A stretch of 21,972 nt of DNA, from NCBI GenBank assembly GCA_010093745.1, contig MU005968.1, positions 310,001-331,972 on the forward strand. The letters run 5' to 3'. Source of the stretch: Piedraia hortae CBS 480.64 (lineage: Eukaryota). Shown here piece after piece: positions 7,454 to 16,500 of the stretch (the stretch's first letter is position 1; every line of letters begins with the position of its first letter). The notes beneath the pieces were generated by a model. That model ran no database searches, was not told the origin of the DNA, and was given only the letters and a program-made list of their open reading frames with translations. The translations under genes were made by a program, and so were the position numbers.

Positions 7454-8875
7454 ATGTTCAACCGCGAAAAAGGCATGGTCGCGACCAACCCCAGTCCAGG
7501 AATCAAAAAAATCAACTGGCTCTACGCCGGCGCGAGTTCGTCCACCGTCCCCCACTTCCACCTTACCTAACACCCCCAAGTTATCGTAGCCGAAACCATC
7601 TCCCTCGGGATCCTCTCCCTCCCTATGGCCCTCTCAACAATGGGCATCATCCCCGGCGTAATCCTCCTCGTCATCTTTTCCGCCATGTCCATCTACACCG
7701 GCTTCGCAATGACAAGTTTCAAAATCGCCCACCCGCAAGTCACAACCTTCGCCGACGCCCTCGAACTCATCTGCGGCCGACGTGTAGGCCGCCTCCTTGG
7801 CTCATCCATGCAAGCCCTCTTACTCATTCTCATCGCAGCCGCCCACATCGTAACCTTTGGTGGCGAACTAAACATTCTCACCGACCATGCAACCTGCATG
7901 ATGGTATTCACCGTAGCCGGCGCAGCAATAAGCTGGGCGATGAGCGTCCCAAGCCGCACCTTTGACAAAGCGAAATACGTCGCCGTCGCTTCATGCATTT
8001 CCATCGCCTGCGCGACAGCCGTGGCCATGGGAAGCATCATCCACTCCCACTCCAGCCCATTCACTGCGGGGATTACGCACCCAAAACCCGCGTCGAGTTT
8101 TGCCAAAGGTGCGGTCGCAACGAGTAACATGGTCCTCGCGTATAACGGCCAGATGGCGTACTTTTCCATCATGGACGAAATGGAGAAACCAGAGGATTTT
8201 AGGAAGAGCGTTGCGCTCCTTGGGGTTGTGTCGACGGCGGTGTACGTTGCATCCGCGGTTGTGCTCTATTGGTTTATTGGGGTTGATGTCAAGTCGCCTG
8301 CTTTGGAGAATGCGCAGCCGGTGTTGAGGAAGGTTGCGTACGGGCTGGCTACGCCGACGATCTTGGTGGCGGGGGTTATTCCCGGACTTGTGGCCGCGAA
8401 GATGATTTGTGAGGTTATTCAGAGGAGGAGGGTGGGTGGGATGGGAGGAGTGAATGGGATGACTGGGATAGGCGAGATGGTCGATATGGATGGGGATGCT
8501 CTGCCCCCTCCGCCCCCTCAACACTCTGATCTTGAGGCGCAGGGGAGTGGTGAATCGACGCTCACACCCCCGCCGTGGCTCGTTTGGGTGATTGTCGTCA
8601 CCGGTATATATATCCTCGCGTGGGTCCTGGCTAGCGTCGTTCCGGTCTTTTCGCAGCTGCTGGGTTTGATTGGTGCTGCGCTTGGGACGTGGTTCTCCCT
8701 GGGCATTGGGGGGATTTTTTGGTTGCATCTTAATTGGAAGGCGGAGAGGGATGTGAAATATTGGTTTGGTGTCGCGTGGGCATTGTTCGTGATTGGGGTT
8801 TGTGCGGTTACGTGTGTTCTTGGAGTTTGGGGGACGGCGGTGGGATTACAGGGCGGGAGGGTTTTTGCTTGTTAG
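7454..8875 (+). CDS. Mtr-like neutral amino-acid permease (AAAP/Aa_trans family), ~458 aa. Exons 7454..7535, 7581..8875.
   Basis: ATG at 7454 (AAAATG). A 45-nt phase-1 intron 7536..7580 (GTTCGT...CCTAAC...AAG) yields NWLYAGA-I-IVAETISLGILSLPMAL, the canonical Mtr-family N-terminal motif, in frame with ORF 7625..8875. Further motifs: NMVLAYNGQMAYFSIMDEMEKPEDFRKS, VKSPAL, KVAYGLATPTI, VPVFSQLLGLIGA. Confidence 0.9.
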
Positions 8876-10752
8876 TTGGTGGGATGTATGGGAATGTGAG
8901 GGAGGGAAGGAGGGAGAGAGGGACGCTACGATATGCTTCGCATTTTGGGTGGGAGTGTATGGGTATGCACTGACGACGATGTAGGATATGATTTCGAAAT
9001 CGCTATCGCGATAAATGGAAAAAGTAGATTTCTAAAGACTTAATGTTTTTGGTGATATATGCTTTGGGTTCCAAACTACGTGGTCGTGGACAATGTCCAG
9101 AGGTTGATGAAAAGGTGTTGATGAAACGGGAACTCTGCGAATTTCTCTTCCTTGGGTTTTTGTGCTGTCTTTGGCACATCTGCCCTGTAGGCAACTCTTC
9201 AAAGGTTTTGTCTTTGGGATCAGGCTGGTTGAGTGGGAAAGGCTAGGTATTCTCTCAGTCTAGGTGTTATTCGCGATTGCTCTTTGTGCCTCTTCGTGCG
9301 TGAGCGGGGCATTAGGGCGGTATGGAAGAAGAGGAGGAGTTTTGCTCACGTCCCTTGAAGTATGGCTAGAAGTTGAGGGAGATACGGACAAGGCGTTTGG
9401 GTTCGCATAGATGCAAGAATGATGCCCGAGAACTTTGTCGGTGTGTTTTAGCGTTCGCATAGGGCCTGTGTTTCGCAGCTGTAAACCAGATCTGCAGTCT
9501 GGAAGGTAGGCGTTTTGGGCGTGTATGAGCTATTGCCAGGAATGGCTTTAGCAAGAAAAGTATAGATGAGTAGTGAGTCTATTGAACAGGTTGGTTGCAA
9601 AGACTGAGGGTAGCCTTGCAGCTATGCTCCTGTGAAAAAAACTCAAGCTAGGCTGACTTCGGATTCCACCATCTACCTCAAGCTGGATTGTCGAGCGCGG
9701 TGATCTACTTGAATGAGACATTTTCTAAGCGGCAGACTCGGACATTTTCACCCACTAGCAGTAAAGCTATCCCGCTCCGCGGTATTCTAGACGGCTGAAG
9801 CTTGATCAATCTGGGATATAGCTATAAATAAATTTGAATTTAGAGGGTTTAAGTCCATATGCCGTTATCATTAGCTGGATGGGAGGTGAAGTATCAATGT
9901 AAATTGTTAGCGAAGTCATCGTACGACACTCTTGGCAACTGTTCCAAATTTGAGTGGATTGCTAGAGTGAAATCTCGCTGCCGGGTTTCTCTTGAGAGTA
10001 GGTTTCGATTTGAATCCTAGACTTGCGCTTTCTGCGATGTGAAGGAACGGCGAGATAGCGGAACCGGTTGTCAAAAGTTATCACATCCCGAACGGATGAG
10101 TTCGATTAGTCGCCTCGATTAACGACAGTTCCCCTTTTTGTGAGATGGAGTGACATGTCGAGACGATGCTTCGCTGCAACCGCGAGGACTTTCGTTTGTT
10201 GTGATACCGTTGTGCTTCACGTTCCGGTGACAGATGTCAAGTTGGCCGTCAATCCAAGTATTGACTATTTTCTAGTAGAGGGCCCCACATCTTAACCCCA
10301 CTCCCCTATTCGAGGAGTAACAGTGAGTCATATATGTCCTCGCTGCAAACACTCAAAAACAGAGTTCCTTCTTTTGTGGGTCTTGTCCCAAGGGAAACCA
10401 ACGACCAATGGCGCTGTGCCAATAAGAGGTGTATTCTATCAGGTTCCTCAACCATGACGAGATACAATCATTTATTACCTTGTGACGCGAAATGTTAGCT
10501 CCATAGTCCGGAACCTTGTTTCTTGGGTGGACACCAAAGCTTTTGACATGGGAAACCGTAGTCGAAACTGGCCAGTTGCTCAACTCTCCATTGGTCAATG
10601 ATTCGCGATGACAGGCCAAGCTCCATTATTTTCAGCCAGTGAGCCTGACCATCCGATTCAAGAGTCGCTCGTCTGACTCTAGATACAGGCTACGGGTCGA
10701 TCAGGTAAATATGGCGTCTCACCGCAAATGTGGGGCCGCGCTTGGCTTACGC

Positions 10753-10758
10753 TATAAA
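10753..10758 (+). promoter_or_regulatory. Putative TATA box of the secreted-protein gene
   Basis: gcTATAAAtg about 80 bp upstream of ATG 10834; position and consensus only. Confidence 0.45.
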
Positions 10759-10833
10759 TGATCAGAAAAATTCGCAATTGAGTTTTTACCAAAAAATCCC
10801 CATCTCCAACACACACTCCACGCATCAACCGAG

Positions 10834-11600
10834 ATGCCTTCCAAGCTACTTTCAATTGTCCTCGGCGCTGCCGCCATCCTCCCTGCTGCTGTCCTCGCCG
10901 CACCCATCATCGTTCCCATGGAGATTTCTCCAGGAAAGACGATAAGCGTGAACATCGTGATGAGCACGACGACGATCCCGGGCCCGAAAGCCACACCCAC
11001 ATCCAAGGTGGAGAACGTCTTGAATGTTGCACCCACTACCAAGGTGGACCCAACTACAACCTCGATTGTCACCAAAGTCATAACGAAGACAAAGCCCGGC
11101 CGGCACAGGCGCCCGCGCACGAAGGTTGTCACCATGCATGTCCCGAGGCCTACGCCAAAGGGGTCAGGGCCTCATCGTCCGGGCCCTGAAGGACCTGCCA
11201 ATATGAATGAACCGGAAGACTACGCGGTGGATGAGAGTAAGTTCAGTTCCCCGTCTTCTGTGAGGCATCAAGGACTTTGTTGACTTTGTAACAGTACCAT
11301 ACGGTGAAGATCCCTATGGCGCCGACCCTTACGGGTCGGATGCCTGGGGCGTTGAGCATCCCGATGGCCCCCCCTCTCGCCCTGACGGTAATGCTGCTGC
11401 TCCGTACGTTCCTCCCGAACCTACACCTGGCCCAACTCCCGAAGAGAGTAAGTCATTCGATACTCTGATTATAGACGAAGGGCGCTGATGCCTTTGCAGT
11501 GCAGGAGTATGTTGCGGAGGACCCTCTCGACTTTGCAGGGGAGGAGGAGGAAAACCCAGAGGGAGCCAATGTCGAGGAGTGGCCTTCTCAGGATTACTGA
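10834..11600 (+). CDS. Hypothetical secreted Pro/Thr-rich protein, 218 aa. Exons 10834..11236, 11295..11447, 11500..11600.
   Basis: Signal peptide MPSKLLSIVLGAAAILPAAVLA|AP. Intron 11237..11294 (GTAAGT...TTGAC...ACAG) and intron 11448..11499 (GTAAGT...CTGAT...GCAG), both phase 1, give a continuous frame: ...EPEDYAVDE-I-PYGEDPYGADPYGSDAWG...PTPEE-M-QEYVAEDPLDF...WPSQDY* (TGA 11598-11600). TATAAA at ~10753 and a C/A-rich leader upstream. Confidence 0.8.
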
Positions 11601-13538
11601 ATAGGTATCTAACTGCCTGTTCGATGTTAGGAGGCAAACTTCTCTTCGTTTCCCTGCGTTTCCTTTTGATAGAGCTTCTGTTCCTTTGTGTTCGCTTTGT
11701 CATTGCACATACATATAGTTTCGAACTTGGCATGTTGAAACGCCAGAGATTGCCCGCCTCTTACGCAATGATTTCAGGCTGCTCTTTGTCACCTCCAAGA
11801 AAAGTCACTGGATTATCTTAGTCCTATGCAGAATGAGATATGGCAGTGTGCTAGGAAAGATCTAGCTCGAGCTTGTACTGCAGGCTTTCTTCGCAATCAC
11901 TTGTTTTCTCTTTTTCTTTTTGCATGGGTCGCGTCCGCAGAATGGTACTGATAACAGGTGCTAGCATGCAGGCAGTCACATCTCTCAACTGTGTTATAGA
12001 AAGACTTAATGGAATTGGGACATGCTACGACCTAGCGGCCAAATGTGATGGCCGCTTCAACAGTTTTAGCGAGGATTCAAGCAACTAATTCGCAACGTAG
12101 CAACAAAACAGCTAAGCGAGCGTTTCCGCATGAAATGTTATGCAATGGTGACAAAGACACAACAGCGCGACCGTTCCTTCATGTCGTCGTCACTTGGCTG
12201 GCTGATATGAATCTCAGCATAAGTAAGGACCGCCCTATGAGCTTAGCCGGCGTTCAGAGCGACTACTGGTGGGTCGTCTCGTGGGTGAAGTATATCCGGC
12301 TGGGGTATCCGCACCCGTACAATGGAGTCTGAGAGAACATCTTCCGCGACGGCAATGGAATTGTCAAACTGTTTCCTCCGTCGCCTTCCGGCACAAACAA
12401 AAAGCGATTCTTGGGGACGGGACGAAAAGATCAAAGGGGTGAAGTTAGGGTTGAGCCCAGTATTGATATAATACACGGACATATTGGGGTTAGGCTTTGG
12501 TTCAGATCCGATCAAGAGCCCCAGTCGTCATATTATCTCGAACGGGCTCCCGGATCGGATTTTTACCTCGGGCTGGCCCTAAGAGTAAGCTTCACTGGCT
12601 GACCCCTGTTGGATTCAAGCATCGCCGCTAGCGCGTATGCAGGGCACTTGCATAGCAAGTCAGCGATACCTCCTACACTACCAGCTGCACCCTTGATTTT
12701 TTCCTCACAGAGGTTTTCCCTCAGGGTCACGTCATATGTGACATGGTGAATACGCTCCGCTAGTGTACGACGTGACGTCACCGGCCCACCGGTACAGAAT
12801 TTTCATTCTGAACGTCCCCTTATTGAATATAGTCATTCACACTACCATGCTGCAACTAATATGAACTCATACACATCTACATCTGTCCTGTCCCTGTTTC
12901 CGTCTATCGCTCCGTCCTCTTCGGGTCGCTGCGCACTCTCACCCACGAGAGCCAAATCTCTACAACCCCCTGCCTCTACTGCACAGGTTATATTAGGCTG
13001 CGCACCTGCTGTCTGTAACATCAATCGCCTTTCCATTGCCACAGATGGTGCAGAATGGGTTCAGACAGCCTCTATACTGACTAGAATGTAACGACTTGGA
13101 GGTCGTCACGAAATTGGTAACTATGTAGTGCGTGATGCGGCCCGTACTGCGTAGACCCGCCTACGTCCATCCGAAACTCTCCGTAACAGAGAGCTTCACC
13201 CATCCCTCCACCATCCCTCCTTCTTACCTTTGCGTTCGGAGCCATTCATGGGGGAAAGATATTCCACATCATAGACAAGACACTTCAATTCAATGGTGGA
13301 AGACACCTTCCCATCAAACAAGAAAACTTTCAATCACGACATCAAGAAAGCGGGTAACGAATTTTCAGACACCAATACTATGCCTAACCCCCCACCCTTC
13401 TATCCATCTCACCCGTGAAAACCCTGTCCTCATTAGAAAAAGGCTCACGTATTATGAAGACAAAACCCCCCTTACACCAAAGCGCCTCGGTAACATACAT
13501 ATTCCCATCCGAACTGCCCAAAATGCCGCCTTTCAATC

Positions 13539-16500
13539 TTAAACTTTATATTTCTGTTCCGATTAGCACAACCCCAACCTAGAGGATAGAAGGAAAGTCT
13601 CACCTCGTCATTCCTTTTCAAGCCCTCCCTATCAATCTGATTGCCCACACCAAGTAGCGTTTTTCCCACCGCTCCCGTTGCACCGATTACCGGCCTCAGC
13701 AGCAGTATAGGCGCATGTCTCGCTACGGTAGTGGTAACCGGCTGATCATCCGCGATATCACCCTGGACTGCGACAAACGCATCTCTAGCGGTGAGGAGGT
13801 CACGTTCAAGTTGGCGCATAGCGTCGCGGATGCCTGGGAGAAGGCCTGCGGGTTGGTTTGCGTATCGGGATACGAGACGGCGTTCGGAGGTGCAGTCTCT
13901 CGAGGACCTACGTGCGGCAGCTGAGGAGAGGAGGGTTTCGGTGTTTTGGAGGAGATTCTGCGTTCCGATCGCGACGGTGGCGCCGAAACGGGCTAGCTCT
14001 GAAGAAGCTGTTCGTGAGAATTGGACGGTGCCTTTTTGGATGCTGCGGACTAGACGACCGTCCTTGCGGTACTCTTTGATTGGGATGGTGATGACGTTTT
14101 TGAAGGCAGTGCCGACGTTGGTGAGGTGGCGGAAGGGGGAGATGCCGCCTAGGATTGGGGGTAGCTGGTGGCGGGTTACGTCCGGGAGCCAGATATCGTT
14201 GAGGGTTTTATGAATGGGTGTGAAGCCTCGGAGGCCGTAGACGATTGTGTGCCGGAGCTTGATGGGTGCGTCGACTAGAGTTGCAAAGTTCATGAACTCT
14301 GATGTGTGGCCTGAGTGGAGGCTTGCATAGTCTACTCGCTTTGGCTTGTAGTCTAGAAGTAGGTCGACGTCGCTAACCTCTAGCCGTTGGATAAAAGGCT
14401 CGTTGGCGGGGGGTTTCACAGTGGCGTTAGAGGGCTTGAAGTCGAAGAAACGCACTATGAAATCTAGGGCGTCTTGGTCGACGTGGAGCCGTAGAGGGAG
14501 GACAGAGATGTTGAGAAGAAGCTCAGAGGCTGAAAAATTCCGCAACGTCTTCACGGTTTGCATCTCCAAGTGAATCATCGGTTTCGCCAACTCTCTTTCA
14601 CGAGAACCGACGTGGAGGATGGTGACAAACTTCCTCCATGTCGATGTTGGCACGTTGTCGTAGATTTCAAACATGTTGACCCTCACATCGATGGTATTGA
14701 CAATGTCCTCTGCGTCTGGGAAGAGCTCAAGATCAGCCGAGAGTCCTTGGATATCGAATGATGCCTTGTGCATCCGGCTGCGCGATAGTTCCAGTCGTCG
14801 TTTCTTCTGACGTTCAGAAACGCTCTGTCGTGATGGCGCTGAGTAGGGTATACTTTCCGTCTCGGTCGCCATTTCGTCAATGCCGTGATTGATTTGTCTA
14901 CGCGTCTCCTGCACGTCAGAGTGTGCTGGAATGCCAATATAGACCGAGTTGAGCAGCTCATCCTCGATGACTGGTTCTTCTTCCTCATGGTCTACGCGGG
15001 CTCTACGTTGTTCGAGTCGCATCTCGAGCTCTTCAATGGCCTGCGTCATCTTCTCTCGCGTACCTGGCCAATCGTAGCCGTCGTGCAGATGCCATACGAA
15101 ATTGACGTCCCGCACGCGTGCTTGCACGGGCGCCTTCTGCGGCCTTTCTGTCTGAAGCTTGCCCTGCCTGCTCTGATCAAGACGATAACCAAGCCCAAGA
15201 TCATCCACTTCATACAGCTCAATATCAACAGCCCCCCCCACATTGGCAGATGCATCACACTGCTTCATCAACTCCTGCATAAGCGAACGATCATCCAAGC
15301 CGTCATCCACCGACATTTCAGGCATTTCAAAGGGATCCTCATCTAGAAGACTCTCTACTGTCATGGCATTATCAAATGAAGATCCCGGTTCGGAAATGGT
15401 GGACTGGTTCAACACTTCAGACATGTCCGAGCATTGCGATTCAAGCATGGAAAAGGGGACATCTTCCTCGGCGTCAAAGAGCATGCCTGACCCCTTACTC
15501 TCCACACGTTCTTCCGCTTTTTCCTCAGGCTCGCCAGTGAAAGAAGACATCATGTCCTGGATCGTCATCGGCTCAGTAAGGTATTGTTGCTGCTTGCTAG
15601 GAGGGGAAGGAGGAGCAAGACCACCGACCAGTTCAAGGAGTGTCTGAGTAGAGTCGGCGCAGGTTTCCAAAAGGATGAGATCACTTTTGACGTCCACTTC
15701 TGTTGTCTTTTGCTTCTTGTCAAGCCCCAACGTAGCCTCCAATTGTCTGATCGATCCAATGGAGACGTAGCCCTCTTCACCGAGAGCGTTGGTGACATGG
15801 GCATCTGGAAGCATTGCATCAAACGATAGCCGGCGAGGTTTGGTTTGTGGCACTTTAGTACCATCTGTCAGGTACATCCCGCTACGTCTCAGCAGCAATG
15901 ATACAATGATGCCGTTGTCAAAAGGCGATTGTGCGAGCAAATTGGCGTCGTTGAAGACTACAACCGCACTGGCAGACATGTCTTCAGATGCCAGTCGGAC
16001 GCCAGAATCGTGAAGAAGCAGATTGATTTTAATAGGCTTGACCTCTTGAATATCTTCAGCAGCGTGGGATATTATGGATTCCGCTAGGTCGACTGCAACC
16101 TCTTCAAGGTCGCGGTCAACGAGTGCTACCAAGGTGGGTACACTATACTCGAGGCAAAGGTTGAATAGTTTAAGCTTGTTGACCGGCTCGACCTCGTCAC
16201 CCAACGTTCGCATCATCACCATTGGTGGTCTGAATGCGTCGTCAGATGTCAGCAGAGGCCGTACCAGAACCCCGTAGCCAGAGCGATGTGCAGACACTTC
16301 CCTAATAGAGAAAGCCAGTAGCGAAGGCATAGCAACGTGGGCGCAATGAAAGTCTTGAATGACAACTTGCAACTTGCCAAACCTCTCATTGACCGGGCAA
16401 TGGGCTGCGAAGTTCCTTACTCTTGCGAGTGTCAGCGGCCCTGGACGATCATCATTGGGTATGAACTTGGCCAAAGTCGAAAGTGTGCCGACTTCGTCCC

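Noticed and set aside
7693..8728. Antisense ORFs 7693..8172 and 7991..8728
   Set aside because: Explained by the codon bias and composition skew of the permease on the opposite strand.
11200..11600. Secreted protein as a dikaritin/ustiloxin-type RiPP precursor (EDYAV resembles the EDYAIG core)
   Set aside because: No repeated KR-delimited cores, and no DUF3328/UstYa oxidase or tyrosinase in the window; a single short resemblance is insufficient.
12440..12500. Telomere-like GTTAGGGTT / GGGGTTAGG words
   Set aside because: Isolated single units, not a tandem array.
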